Notes under the pieces: generated by a model
Databases searched by the model: none
Seen by the model: only the letters and a program-made list of their open reading frames with translations
Told to the model about the DNA's origin: nothing
Shown: positions 27,926 to 37,821 of the stretch, in pieces
Layout: the number at the start of each line of letters is the position of its first letter
How positions within the stretch are numbered: position 1 is the stretch's first letter
Position numbers and translations under genes: made by a program
From: Candidatus Omnitrophota bacterium
GTDB taxonomy: Bacteria > Omnitrophota > Gorgyraeia > VGKH01
Direction of reading: 5' to 3'
Length of the DNA: 64,000 bases
NCBI GenBank assembly: GCA_022703055.1
Contig: JAKLEP010000002.1
Coordinates: 352,480 to 416,479, forward strand

Positions 27926-27954
27926 AGTATAAAGGGAAAAAGTCATAAAATCAA
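27926..27954 (-). promoter_or_regulatory. Sigma70-like promoter for the structured leader and 115-aa ORF
   Basis: The minus strand reads TTGATT-17 nt-TATACT. It starts 15 nt downstream of the plsY stop and predicts a leader of about 160 nt. Confidence 0.4.
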
Positions 27955-27969
27955 TAGTTCCAAGGGGTT

Positions 27970-28617
27970 TTAGAGAAAGCGTTTTCTTTTAAAAGGCAGG
28001 ATATTAAAACGCGACTCTTCTCCTCTAAGCAACCTATTAATATTGGAGGTATGCTTATAGACGATAATTATGCAGAGAATGATTCCAAGAAGCACTATTT
28101 CTAATGACTGGTTAAAAATAAGCATGTAAATAGGAACAAAAAGTACGGTCAAGATCGACGCCAAAGACACAAAACCGCCGATAAGGAATATAGCTACCCA
28201 GCTGGACAGAGCCAAGGCAAGCACTATTCTTAAGGAAGTAATCTTTATTGCTAAACCGAACATGACTCCGAGGCTAGTCGCCACTCCTTTGCCGCCTTTA
28301 AAATGTAAAAATACAGTCCAGATGTGGCCTACCACCGCCAGCAAACCAAATAAAGCCCGATAAATATCTTCCGGTAGTCCCAGTAAATCTGGGAGATAGA
28401 CAACCGCTAATAATCCCTTGGCGATATCGAAAATCAGAACTAAAATGCCCGGCAATTTTCCAAGGACCCTGAATACATTTGTAGCGCCCACATTTCCCGA
28501 GCCATGCTTACGGATATCGACCTTCGAGAAAATATTAGCGATAATATAGGCGGAAGGAATCGACCCTAGAAGATAACTTATTATTATTCCCAGAATTATT
28601 TTAAGCGCCGCTAACAT
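27970..28617 (-). CDS. plsY: Glycerol-3-phosphate acyltransferase PlsY
   Basis: Polytopic membrane protein with GSGNVGATNVFRVLG. Confidence 0.9.
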   Translation of the reverse strand: MLAALKIILGIIISYLLGSIPSAYIIANIFSKVDIRKHGSGNVGATNVFRVLGKLPGILVLIFDIAKGLLAVVYLPDLLGLPEDIYRALFGLLAVVGHIWTVFLHFKGGKGVATSLGVMFGLAIKITSLRIVLALALSSWVAIFLIGGFVSLASILTVLFVPIYMLIFNQSLEIVLLGIILCIIIVYKHTSNINRLLRGEESRFNILPFKRKRFL

Positions 28618-29164
28618 TGAGAATCTTTACACCTCTTCGTAAATATCCGATACCGGATATAACCGTAAATATAACGGTCAGACACCATATCAAAAAAGAA
28701 AATTCAAATTGTAAAAAAAGACCCATAACGGATAAAACCTGAAAAAACGTCGTCGCCTTCCCCCATTTAGTCGGAACAACTTCCAGATCGCCCTGGATGG
28801 CATAAATTATCCCCGCTCCCAATAGGATAATTGCGTCGCGGCTGACAACTACTAAAACAAACCAAAGCGGGAACTTCAAACCCACAGGGAATTTATCTGC
28901 CACCAGATACAAGCAGATAAACGCGCTGATAAGAAGCAATTTATCGGCTATCGGATCGAGTATCGCCCCTGCCTTGGTCTTTTCTCTCCAGCGCCTTGCG
29001 ATATATCCGTCGATCACATCAGATAAAACCGCCAAAGAGAAAATCCCCAGAGAGATAAATCTCAAAATATCTCTCTGAGGATTATAGTAAAGGACAGAAG
29101 CGATAAAAACCGGAACTGAAATAATCCTAAAAATCGTAACTTTATTTGCGAAACTTAAAGACAT
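28601..29164 (-). CDS. pgsA: CDP-diacylglycerol--glycerol-3-phosphate 3-phosphatidyltransferase (CDP-alcohol phosphatidyltransferase family)
   Basis: The CDP-alcohol motif DVIDGYIARRWREKTKAGAILDPIADK is present. Confidence 0.85.
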   Translation of the reverse strand: MSLSFANKVTIFRIISVPVFIASVLYYNPQRDILRFISLGIFSLAVLSDVIDGYIARRWREKTKAGAILDPIADKLLLISAFICLYLVADKFPVGLKFPLWFVLVVVSRDAIILLGAGIIYAIQGDLEVVPTKWGKATTFFQVLSVMGLFLQFEFSFLIWCLTVIFTVISGIGYLRRGVKILNVSGA

Positions 29165-29464
29165 TTATTCTTTAATCGTTTCTAGTTTCGTACCGTCATC
29201 AGCACAGAATTCTGCGCTCGCCGGATATCTTTTTCCGCAAACTGGACAGAATTTCTTATCCATCTTCTCGCCGATAAGTGCGCCAGAAATACCCCCTACC
29301 GCCGCTCCTATAGCTGCGCCTTCTCCGGTATGTCCTGATTGATGTCCTATAATTGCACCTAGACCTGCTCCGGCACCACCACCGAGCACCGCTCCCTTTT
29401 GGGTTGATGAACAACCAACCAATGCTACAGCTGCCAAAACCAAAACTACAACACAAATCTTCAT
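29165..29464 (-). CDS. Small lipoprotein with a glycine-zipper segment and a C-terminal zinc-ribbon-like CxxC...C motif
   Basis: Has a lipobox LVGC, the Gly/Ala-rich GGGAGAGLGAIIG...GAAIGAAVGGISGALIG, and then CPVCGKRYPASAEFCADDG. Confidence 0.7.
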   Translation of the reverse strand: MKICVVVLVLAAVALVGCSSTQKGAVLGGGAGAGLGAIIGHQSGHTGEGAAIGAAVGGISGALIGEKMDKKFCPVCGKRYPASAEFCADDGTKLETIKE

Positions 29465-29523
29465 GCTCCCCTCCTTGTCGTCAAATTATAATATCTTTCT
29501 TTATCAATGTCAATTTTTTGAAG

Positions 29524-30105
29524 CTATTTAATTAATCTGATACGATTTAGCGGCCAGTAAATCAATATCGCATTACCCAGGACTAAATTCTTATCGACAA
29601 AACCCCAATAGCGGCTATCTCGGCTGGAGACAGAATTATCCCCTAAAACAAAATAGCTATTTTCAGGGACTTTAATAGTCTTCCCCTCTTCGCCAAAATC
29701 ACCGCGATTGTAGTAGTAGATCTTTCTTACCAAAGAATCGTCAAGCTTCTTGCCATCTACAAAAATCTCGCCGTTTTTCAGTTCAACAGTTTCTCCGCCT
29801 TTGGCGATAAGACGCTTGATAAAATCCCTTTTTTTATCTTCGGGATAGATAAAAACTACAACATCCAAACGCTTAGGGTCCCTGAATTTAGGAAGGCGTA
29901 TTTTCGTAAAAGGAATTTTAGCCCCATAGATAAATTTATTTACTAAAATCCTATCTCCTTCTAATAGCGTCGGGCGCATTGAACCGGTGGGAATCTTGAA
30001 CGCCTGGACAATAAAAGTCCTGATGAACATGGCTAAAATAATCGCTATTACGATTGATTCGATCCATTCCCTTGCCGCTGATTTTTTCTTAATTTCTTTT
30101 GGCAT
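29524..30105 (-). CDS. lepB: Signal peptidase I
   Basis: Contains TGSMRPTL (catalytic Ser box), KRLIAKGGETV (Lys box) and GDNSVSSRDSRYWGFV. Confidence 0.9.
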   Translation of the reverse strand: MPKEIKKKSAAREWIESIVIAIILAMFIRTFIVQAFKIPTGSMRPTLLEGDRILVNKFIYGAKIPFTKIRLPKFRDPKRLDVVVFIYPEDKKRDFIKRLIAKGGETVELKNGEIFVDGKKLDDSLVRKIYYYNRGDFGEEGKTIKVPENSYFVLGDNSVSSRDSRYWGFVDKNLVLGNAILIYWPLNRIRLIK

Positions 30106-30119
30106 ATTCTATCCTTTGT

Positions 30120-31910
30120 TTATATTTTTAATACTTCCAAAAACGCCTCTTGGGGAATTTCGACGTTACCAAATTGCTTTAAGCGTTTTTTTCCTTTTTT
30201 CTGAATCTCCCATAATTTGCGTTTCCTGGTGATATCTCCGCCGTAGCATTTTCCGGTAACGTGTTTCGCCAAAGACCTAACTTTCGCTGAAGCAATAATT
30301 TTGTTATCGGCAGTCGCCTGAATAATAACTTCAAAAAGCTGCCGCGGAATAAGCTCTCTTAATTTATCGACGAGAGCCCTGGCTTTATAATAAGCTTTGT
30401 CTTTATGCACAAGGCAAGAAAAGGCATCGCAAAGTTTCCCGTTTAATAAAATATCCAATTTGGATATCTGAGAAGGTTTATAACTTCCAAGTTCATAATC
30501 CAGAGAACCGTAACCTCTGGTCAAAGATTTAATTTTGTCATAAAAATCGACGATGGCCTCGGAAAGCGGCATCTCAAAAAGAATCCTGACTCTGTCCGTT
30601 AAATATTCGCTTGATTTATATTCTCCTCGTCGCTCTTTAACCATCTCGATAACATTCTCCATAAACTCCATGGGCGTCATGGTATGAGCGAATATGTAAG
30701 GCTCTTCGATGGAAGCGATATCCTGCGACGGTGGTAGCTGAGCAGGATTGTGCACTTCGATAATCTGTCCGTCTCTTTTTTTCACCCGATAGACGACATT
30801 AGGCGTCGTAAGGATTAGATTTAAATCGTATTCTCTCTCAAGGCGCTCCTGGATAATTTCCATATGCAATAGGCCCAAAAAACCGCAGCGGAAACCATGG
30901 CCGAAAGATTGCGAACTTTCCGGCTCAAAAATAAACGATGAATCATTTAGCCTTAATTTATCCATGGCTTCACGAAGATTGTGGAAATCTGCGGCATTGA
31001 CCGGATAAATCCCGCAAAACACCAGAGGCTTCATCTGCTTGTAGCCGGGCAGAGGTTCACTTGCAGGATTGACGACATCGGTGACGGTATCGCCGATGAC
31101 AATCTCATGCGGATTGCGAAGATTGCAAGTGATATATCCGACTTCGCCGCTCTGCAGTCCGTTAATTTTCTCTGCCTGAGGCCTAAACACTCCGATTTCT
31201 TCAATCTTGTATTCTTTTCCTGAATTCATCATTCTGATGGAAGCATTCGGCGAGATCTTGCCGTCTATAATTCTTAAATAAACTATGACTCCCTTAAAAA
31301 CATCAAAATTTGAATCAAAAAGCAGCGCGCGAAGAGGCTTATCCGGATCTCCGCTTGGCGGCGGAACATCCCTTACGATTCTTTCTAAAATTTGATCAAT
31401 TCCAATACCTTCTTTTGCCGAAGCAAGGATTACATCCTCTTCCTTAAACTTCAAAACTTCCATAAGCTGAAGTTTGACTCTATCAATATCGGCATTGGCT
31501 ATATCAATTTTATTTATTACCGGGATAATTACAAGTTTGTGTTCTTTTGCCATATAAAAATTGGCTACAGTCTGAGCCTCGATTCCCTGAGTGGCATCAA
31601 CGACCAGTAGCGCTCCTTCGCAGGCGGCTAAAGATTTTGCCACCTCGTAAGTAAAATCCACATGTCCTGGCGTATCAATGAGATTTAAAACGTAATCTTT
31701 CGAATCTTTGGCCTTGTAATTAAGCCTTACTGCCGAAGCCTTGATGGTTATACCGCGCTCTCTTTCCAGGTCCATATCATCGAGTATTTGGGCGCGAAAA
31801 TGCCTCTGATCCACGGTGCCGGTAATTTGAATCAACCTATCGGCTAAAGTAGATTTGCCATGGTCGATATGCGCGATAATTGAAAAATTTCTGATTAAAC
31901 TTTTATCCAT
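30120..31910 (-). CDS. lepA: Translation elongation factor 4 (LepA)
   Basis: Contains FSIIAHIDHGKSTLADRL and DTPGHVDF, plus the LepA-specific C-terminal domain. lepA-lepB synteny is present. Confidence 0.97.
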   Translation of the reverse strand: MDKSLIRNFSIIAHIDHGKSTLADRLIQITGTVDQRHFRAQILDDMDLERERGITIKASAVRLNYKAKDSKDYVLNLIDTPGHVDFTYEVAKSLAACEGALLVVDATQGIEAQTVANFYMAKEHKLVIIPVINKIDIANADIDRVKLQLMEVLKFKEEDVILASAKEGIGIDQILERIVRDVPPPSGDPDKPLRALLFDSNFDVFKGVIVYLRIIDGKISPNASIRMMNSGKEYKIEEIGVFRPQAEKINGLQSGEVGYITCNLRNPHEIVIGDTVTDVVNPASEPLPGYKQMKPLVFCGIYPVNAADFHNLREAMDKLRLNDSSFIFEPESSQSFGHGFRCGFLGLLHMEIIQERLEREYDLNLILTTPNVVYRVKKRDGQIIEVHNPAQLPPSQDIASIEEPYIFAHTMTPMEFMENVIEMVKERRGEYKSSEYLTDRVRILFEMPLSEAIVDFYDKIKSLTRGYGSLDYELGSYKPSQISKLDILLNGKLCDAFSCLVHKDKAYYKARALVDKLRELIPRQLFEVIIQATADNKIIASAKVRSLAKHVTGKCYGGDITRKRKLWEIQKKGKKRLKQFGNVEIPQEAFLEVLKI

Positions 31911-32570
31911 CTATTTTATATAACTCAATACCTTTTCGATAACCTCTTCAATACTTAGATTGGTTGTATCTAAAAGTATTGCATCTTTTGCCTGTTTTAA
32001 AGGCCCGACTGACCTTGTCATATCGGCGTTGTCGCGTTTTTTTAAATCATCTTCCACTTCTTTTAGACTTATATTCTGACCCAGGGTTTGAAAATCTCCC
32101 ATTCGCCGATTTACCCGCACATTGAAATCCGCATCTAAATAAAATTTTCTGTCGGCGTTAGGAAATACAACAGTTCCGATATCCCGGCCTTCAACAACAA
32201 TGTCATTTGTCTTACCAAACTGGCGCTGCAGCTTGACCATTTCCGTTCTTATACCAGGAATCTTGGCGATAAAAGAAACTTTTTGGGTGACCAACGATTT
32301 TCTTATTTCCACTGTTACGTCTTCTTTATCGAGAAAAACTTTGAGGCTGCCGTCTTTTTGGGCGATGATATCAATTTTTGTCTTCTTGATCAAATCAATC
32401 AAACTTTCCGAGCCTTCTAGGTTTGCATTGGCTCTTATTGCTTTTAAGGTAAGCGCGCGATACATCGCGCCCGTATCAAGATAGGTAAATCCCAGTCTCT
32501 TTGCCACTTCTCTGGCTATAGTACTTTTACCTGAGCCAGCCGGTCCATCTATGGTTATAATCTTTGGCAT
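31911..32570 (-). CDS. cmk: Cytidylate kinase
   Basis: Has the P-loop ITIDGPAGSGKSTIA and the typical Cmk length. Confidence 0.93.
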   Translation of the reverse strand: MPKIITIDGPAGSGKSTIAREVAKRLGFTYLDTGAMYRALTLKAIRANANLEGSESLIDLIKKTKIDIIAQKDGSLKVFLDKEDVTVEIRKSLVTQKVSFIAKIPGIRTEMVKLQRQFGKTNDIVVEGRDIGTVVFPNADRKFYLDADFNVRVNRRMGDFQTLGQNISLKEVEDDLKKRDNADMTRSVGPLKQAKDAILLDTTNLSIEEVIEKVLSYIK

Positions 32571-32574
32571 ATCT

Positions 32575-33429
32575 TTATTCCAACTTATCTCTTTTATTTT
32601 TTATTGCGGAAAGAATTTTGGTAAGCTTAGCTGCATCATTGGAACTAACCAGTTTTACAAAAGTCTCTAGACTTGATAAAAAGGCGCCAACAGCATTCAA
32701 AACTTGACGCTTGTTTGAAGAAAAAATGTCCCGCCAAAGAACAGGGTCTGATGAGGCAATGCGCGTCATATCTTTAAGCCCTCGAGGTGATAATTTCAAG
32801 AATTCTTCCGGAATAGACTGAATTAGGCTAAAAGCAATGATATGGGGAAGATGGCTAATATATGCCAATATGCGGTCGTGATTCTGTGGAGTCAGGGTCT
32901 TTACACTGGCGCCGACACTTATCCATAGTTTTTTAATCTTATTAAGGGCTCCCCGGTCAGTCCTGGAAGTCGGCGTCAGTATACACAGTGATTGCTTAAA
33001 AATATCTGCGGATGCAAACTCAACGCCTTTCTTCTCAGAACCCGCCAAAGGATGTCCCCCGACAAACTTAATGTCTTTCGGTAATCTTTTTTCGATCGAG
33101 GATACTATCGCTAATTTGCTGCTTCCTACGTCGGTAATTATGCAATTTTTCTTTGCCAGCTTTAATATCTTCTGCGCCAAGGTTACGATTGTCTGAGTAG
33201 AAGTCGCTAAAACAACCAAGTCAGCGTCTTTAACCGCTTCTTTAAGCTCAAGCGTGCCCTTATCGATGACCTTCAGCTTTAAAGCCTGCCTGATAGTTGC
33301 TTTTCTATGGGGAAAACCAACAACTCTTCTGGCAAGCCTATTCTTTTTGATAGCCATTCCCAGCGAGCCGCCGATTAAACCTACCCCGATGATTGTAACC
33401 TGATTGAACAAAAACTTGTCTTTTTTCAT
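32575..33429 (-). CDS. tyrA: Prephenate dehydrogenase
   Basis: Has the Rossmann motif IIGVGLIGGSLG and GGHPLAGSE. It sits in an aromatic amino-acid gene context. Confidence 0.85.
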   Translation of the reverse strand: MKKDKFLFNQVTIIGVGLIGGSLGMAIKKNRLARRVVGFPHRKATIRQALKLKVIDKGTLELKEAVKDADLVVLATSTQTIVTLAQKILKLAKKNCIITDVGSSKLAIVSSIEKRLPKDIKFVGGHPLAGSEKKGVEFASADIFKQSLCILTPTSRTDRGALNKIKKLWISVGASVKTLTPQNHDRILAYISHLPHIIAFSLIQSIPEEFLKLSPRGLKDMTRIASSDPVLWRDIFSSNKRQVLNAVGAFLSSLETFVKLVSSNDAAKLTKILSAIKNKRDKLE

Positions 33430-34446
33430 TTAAATGGTTCTTCCTATGGCCTTGCTCAAAACTCTTAATTGCTGCATTAATTCTGAGAAATTATCGGGCA
33501 CCAATGACTGAGCACCGTCGGAAAGCGCCTCTTCTGGCTTGGTATGGACTTCGACCATCAAACCATCACAGCCGGCTGCTACCGCCGCTTTAGAAGCCGC
33601 AGAAACCAACCCCCATTTTCCTGTAGCATGGGAAGGATCCACAATAACCGGCAGATGAGACAGCTGTTTTACAACTGAGATAGCAACAACGTCTAAGGTA
33701 TTTCTAGTCATATCCTCAAAAGTTCTAATCCCCCGCTCGCAAAGAATAACATTGAAATTACCGTTGGCTAAAATGTATTCCGCTGACATAAGCCATTCTT
33801 TTATGGTCGAGCTCATCCCGCGCTTCAAAACTACAGGTTTTTTCGCACGGCCGACTTCTTTTAAGAGGTTAAAATTCTGCATATTCCTTGCGCCAATCTG
33901 CAAGATATCGGCATATTTTGCCACCAAAGGAATCTGGCTTGCATCCATAACCTCGGTTATTGTTGCCATACCTAATCGCTTTCCGACCTCATGTAGATAT
34001 TTTAACCCTTTTTCTCCTAAGCCCTGAAAACTGTACGGCGATGTCCTGGGCTTGAATGCTCCTGCCCTTAATACCGTTGCGCCGGCTTCTTTCACTTTCT
34101 TTCCAATTTCCAAGAGAAGGTCTTTCTTTTCTACTGCGCAAGGACCAGCCATAACTATTATTCTATTCCCGCCGATCTTTATGCCCCCGTCTATTTTAAC
34201 TACGGTATCTTCTTTCTGGAATTCGCGAGAAACAAGCTTGTATTCCTTCAAAACCGGCATGACTTTCTCAACGCCCGGAAATACTTCCAAAGGTGTAACT
34301 CTTAATACATCCTCGGGCCCGATAAGCCCAATAATGGTTCTTTCTACGCCTCTTGAAACATGAGGTTTAAGCCCAAGCTCTTTTACCCGCTTGATTATGT
34401 GGTCGATCTGCTTTTTTGTCGCATCCGGTCGTAAGACAACTATCAT
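33430..34446 (-). CDS. aroF: 3-deoxy-7-phosphoheptulonate (DAHP) synthase, type I-beta with N-terminal regulatory domain
   Basis: Contains [13 protein letters not shown] and VDPSHATG. It also has a ~70-aa N-terminal ferredoxin-like extension, as in Thermotoga-type DAHPS. Confidence 0.9.
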   Translation of the reverse strand: MIVVLRPDATKKQIDHIIKRVKELGLKPHVSRGVERTIIGLIGPEDVLRVTPLEVFPGVEKVMPVLKEYKLVSREFQKEDTVVKIDGGIKIGGNRIIVMAGPCAVEKKDLLLEIGKKVKEAGATVLRAGAFKPRTSPYSFQGLGEKGLKYLHEVGKRLGMATITEVMDASQIPLVAKYADILQIGARNMQNFNLLKEVGRAKKPVVLKRGMSSTIKEWLMSAEYILANGNFNVILCERGIRTFEDMTRNTLDVVAISVVKQLSHLPVIVDPSHATGKWGLVSAASKAAVAAGCDGLMVEVHTKPEEALSDGAQSLVPDNFSELMQQLRVLSKAIGRTI

Positions 34447-35522
34447 AAAATCCTCCTTAAGGAATTAATGAACCTAGTATTTTCTTTTTTGGTCCCGATT
34501 GTTACGCGTATAAAGTTCTTCAGATTATAAGTTCCCATGGGCCTGACGATTACTCCCTCTTTTAGCAATTTATTAAAAACTATCCTGCAATCCTGTTTGA
34601 GATCAATCAAAATAAAATTTGCCACAGAAGAAACGTAAGGAAAGCCTAACCTATCAAGTTCGCGGTAAAGATATTTCTTTCCGTCGAGCGTTATCTTTCT
34701 TGTCCGTCCTAAGAACGCGATATCATCTATTGCTTCCAATGCTGCCGCCTGGGCTAAAAGATTCACGTTGAATGGCTGCCTAACCCTATTCATGCACTCA
34801 ATGAATTCTGGCCTAGCTATGGCATAACCGATTCTTAACCCCGCCAAACCATAAGTCTTAGAAAAAGTACGAAGCAAAATGACATTTTTATTTATATAAT
34901 TCAAGCCTTTAGGGAAATCTTTAACATCGACAAACTCATTGTAGGCCTCATCGAGCACAACGATGATATTCTTCGGCAGGCCTCTTAAGAAATCTTCCAA
35001 CTCTTTTTTATTCACATATGTCCCCGTGGGATTGTTGGGATTGGCGATAAAAATGGCCTTGGTATTTTTTCCGATAGCCATTTTTATTGCTCTCAAATCA
35101 TATTTAAAATTCTTTAACGGGATATCCCTGAATTTACGGTTATTAGAGCGAGAAACGATTTCGTATTCTACAAAACTAACCTTGGACGTCAGAACTTCTT
35201 CATCCGGCCCGACAAAGGTTTTAATGACTACATCTATTAGCTCATCCGAGCCATTGCCAAAGATTAGATTCTGCGGCTTAAGTCCGAGTTTCTTAGCCAG
35301 CTTATTCTTAAGATAAAAACAATTACCGTCGGGATAACGATTGAGAGTGCCAAGCTTCTTCTTGATCGCTGAAAGCGCACGAAGAGAACTGCCCAAAGGA
35401 TTCTCGTTTGAGGCGAGCTTAATGACATTTTTTAAGCCTAATTCTCTTTCGACCTCTTCTATCGGTTTGCCCGGCTCGTAAGGTTTTATCTTTAAAACAT
35501 TTTTATTAACGATATTTTTCAT
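34443..35522 (-). CDS. hisC: Histidinol-phosphate / aromatic aminotransferase (class II)
   Basis: Contains ASNENPLG and the PLP-lysine block [16 protein letters not shown]. Confidence 0.85.
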   Translation of the reverse strand: MKNIVNKNVLKIKPYEPGKPIEEVERELGLKNVIKLASNENPLGSSLRALSAIKKKLGTLNRYPDGNCFYLKNKLAKKLGLKPQNLIFGNGSDELIDVVIKTFVGPDEEVLTSKVSFVEYEIVSRSNNRKFRDIPLKNFKYDLRAIKMAIGKNTKAIFIANPNNPTGTYVNKKELEDFLRGLPKNIIVVLDEAYNEFVDVKDFPKGLNYINKNVILLRTFSKTYGLAGLRIGYAIARPEFIECMNRVRQPFNVNLLAQAAALEAIDDIAFLGRTRKITLDGKKYLYRELDRLGFPYVSSVANFILIDLKQDCRIVFNKLLKEGVIVRPMGTYNLKNFIRVTIGTKKENTRFINSLRRIL

Positions 35523-36580
35523 TCTCCCACTGGGTATGAACCCAAAATTTTTAGATATTTACATTTGTCCTCTAATTCGCCAAGCGCCTTCTTGACATTG
35601 GCGTCTAGCCTATGCCCGGCTAAATCAACAAAGAAATAATAATCCCAAACCTTCCTTTTAGAAGGACGGGATTCAATCTTGGTTAGATTGATTTTGTATT
35701 TCTTAAAAGGCACCAGCATATCATGTAGCGCTCCCACTTTATCTTTAATCATGAACATAATCAAAGTCTTGGCATCTTTAGTCTGCGGAACATCTTCTTG
35801 CCCGATTACCAAAAAGCGAGTTATGTTATGAGGATTATCCTCTATGTCTTTGGCAACCACTTTTAGGCCATACTGTTTGGCTGCCAGGATAGATGCGATA
35901 CAGGCAGAGTCTTTAGACCTGGCGCTAATCTGGGCTGCTTTTGTCGTACTCGTGACTTCTACGAATTCTACCGTCGGCAAATTGGTCTCGAGCCAAATAC
36001 GGCATTGTCCGAATACCTGAGGATTGGAATAAACCTTCTTGATTTTATTTTTCGGACAATTGGATAACAGATTGTGCGATATTTCTAAGGTTATCTCGGA
36101 GCAAATCTTCAAATCCGAATCTACGAACATATCCAACGTATGGCTTACCGCGCCTTCAATGGAATTTTCGACAGGAACAACTCCATAATCGGCATTCTGC
36201 CTTTCTACTTCAGTGAATATATCGGTAATTGTATGGCAAGGAATATAGTCGACCTGCGAGCCAAATTTCTTTAAAGCTGCCAAATTAGTGAATGTCGCCG
36301 GCGGGCCGAGATACGCAATCTTTAAAGGCTTCTCTAAGGATAACGAACCAGACATTATCTCGCGATAAACCGCCTCCAGCGCCTCATTATTTAAAGGGCC
36401 TTTATTCAAAAGGGCTATTCTCTTTAATATTTCTCTTTCACGCTCGGGTGAATAAACCCCTTTATTAGCTTTAGATTTTAGCTTGCCGATATCCAAGCTT
36501 GCCTCGGCTCTCTTATTTAAAAGCTTAATTACTTCTAAATCGATCTTATCTATTTTCTTGCGCAGGTTCTGTAGATTCAT
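35519..36580 (-). CDS. pheA: Bifunctional chorismate mutase / prephenate dehydratase
   Basis: Has a chorismate mutase helix (LRKKIDKIDLEVIKLLNKRAE), prephenate dehydratase motifs (IAYLGPPATFT, TRFLVIG) and an ACT region (ESRPSK). I moved the start to MNLQNL (36580). The track ORF's K/R-rich extension to 36682 overlaps scpB. Confidence 0.9.
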   Translation of the reverse strand: MNLQNLRKKIDKIDLEVIKLLNKRAEASLDIGKLKSKANKGVYSPEREREILKRIALLNKGPLNNEALEAVYREIMSGSLSLEKPLKIAYLGPPATFTNLAALKKFGSQVDYIPCHTITDIFTEVERQNADYGVVPVENSIEGAVSHTLDMFVDSDLKICSEITLEISHNLLSNCPKNKIKKVYSNPQVFGQCRIWLETNLPTVEFVEVTSTTKAAQISARSKDSACIASILAAKQYGLKVVAKDIEDNPHNITRFLVIGQEDVPQTKDAKTLIMFMIKDKVGALHDMLVPFKKYKINLTKIESRPSKRKVWDYYFFVDLAGHRLDANVKKALGELEDKCKYLKILGSYPVGE

Positions 36581-37196
36581 TTTGTTCCTCTTTCTTTTCT
36601 TCTGTATTTGCTTCGGGAATCTGTACTGCCTTTTCTGCTTCTGCGGTTTTTTCTTCCTCTGCCTTAGCTGCAGCCTGAACAAATTCTTCTATTTTGGGTA
36701 ACTCATCCAAAGACTTAAGACCAAAATATTCCAAAAACAACCTAGTAGTTCCGTAGACAAACGGCCTTCCCGCGGTATCCCGTCTTCCGGCGATCCTAAT
36801 TAAACCTTTATCGGTAAGGCTTTTAATTACTCCGTCGACATTAACGCCACGTATTGATTCGATTTCAATCCTGGTCACCGGCTGTTTATAGGCGACGATG
36901 GCCAATGTCTCCAGTGTCGGCATAGTAAGTTTTTCAGCGTGTTTAATCTTATAAAATTTCTTTAGGTAAGGGGCTGAAGTTGTTGAAGTGCACATCTGAA
37001 AACCGCCGGCCACCTCGACAATATCCATACCGGAACCCCTTGCTTGGTATTCGGCTTTCAGTTCAGCGATAGTCTGACGGATAGAAGCAATGTCTACACC
37101 TTCTAAAACATCCTTGATCTGTTCCGGCATCAAAGGTTTTTCACTAACGAAAAGTAAAGACTCAATAATGGTTTTAATCTGCTGGTTTTCAGGCAT
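36546..37196 (-). CDS. scpB: Segregation and condensation protein B
   Basis: Has IESLLFVSEKPL and tandem winged-helix regions, with an acidic/lysine-rich C-terminal tail. Confidence 0.9.
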   Translation of the reverse strand: MPENQQIKTIIESLLFVSEKPLMPEQIKDVLEGVDIASIRQTIAELKAEYQARGSGMDIVEVAGGFQMCTSTTSAPYLKKFYKIKHAEKLTMPTLETLAIVAYKQPVTRIEIESIRGVNVDGVIKSLTDKGLIRIAGRRDTAGRPFVYGTTRLFLEYFGLKSLDELPKIEEFVQAAAKAEEEKTAEAEKAVQIPEANTEEKKEEQNESTEPAQENR

Positions 37197-37197
37197 A

Positions 37198-37821
37198 TTA
37201 TTTTTTCCTTTGTCGATAAACTTCGTTTAAAAGCTCTTCGGCAGAACTGATGTCTTGTTTTCTATCTAAGGCCTTACGGATCATCTCCTGCGCCTCTTTT
37301 CTCTTATACTGAAGCTGCAGCAAAACTTCCAAAGCCTCTTCCTGCCAGTTAGTTTTACCTTCCGAAATGTCTTTAACTCTCTTATCTTGGATAAGGCCGA
37401 ATTTTCCGACTTTTCCCTGTAGCTTAGCGATAATTTCTTTGGCCCGCTGTGTTCCTATCCCCGGTAAAGTTGTCAAAACTCCTGCGTCACCTTCATCTAT
37501 TGCCTTAACAATTTCGGAAATCGGCCGGCTGAATGCCTTGACCGCAGCGCGCGGCCCTATCCCGGAAACGGTAATGAATTCTTCAAAGAATTCTTTTTCC
37601 ACTTCGTTTAAGAAACCGATTAATATCGGAGTGCTTCTTGCCATATCAGTCTGGAGATAATGATAAGTAATCAAACAGATATTCCCATCGGTGCTTATCT
37701 TCTCGTCTAACTGATTCATAATTATCGAAGGGATTAATACCTCGTAGCATATTCCGCCGACATCGACGAGAATATTATTTTTCCCTCTTTGAGCTATTTT
37801 TCCTTTTATCTGTGCAATCAT
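37198..37821 (-). CDS. ruvA: Holliday junction DNA helicase subunit RuvA
   Basis: Has an MIAQIKGKI N-terminal OB-fold and HhH motifs (VSGIGPRAA, LPGIGTQRA). Confidence 0.9.
   Translation of the reverse strand: MIAQIKGKIAQRGKNNILVDVGGICYEVLIPSIIMNQLDEKISTDGNICLITYHYLQTDMARSTPILIGFLNEVEKEFFEEFITVSGIGPRAAVKAFSRPISEIVKAIDEGDAGVLTTLPGIGTQRAKEIIAKLQGKVGKFGLIQDKRVKDISEGKTNWQEEALEVLLQLQYKRKEAQEMIRKALDRKQDISSAEELLNEVYRQRKK

Noticed and set aside
27758-27954. Assigning the structured leader to a known riboswitch class (c-di-GMP-I/II, SAM, TPP and others)
   Set aside because: I could not find the conserved core sequences of any class I know by eye. Only a generic attenuator-like architecture is claimed.
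29256-29456. 66-aa Arg/Gly/Cys-rich minus-strand ORF overlapping the lipoprotein gene in another frame
   Set aside because: It is a frame-shifted reading of the Gly/Ala-codon-rich glycine-zipper region. The lipoprotein frame has a lipobox, an RBS context and a sensible architecture.
36581-36682. 34-aa K/R/Q-rich N-terminal extension of the pheA ORF
   Set aside because: It overlaps the scpB C-terminal coding region. The chorismate mutase domain begins at the internal MNLQNL, so the extension is most likely not translated.
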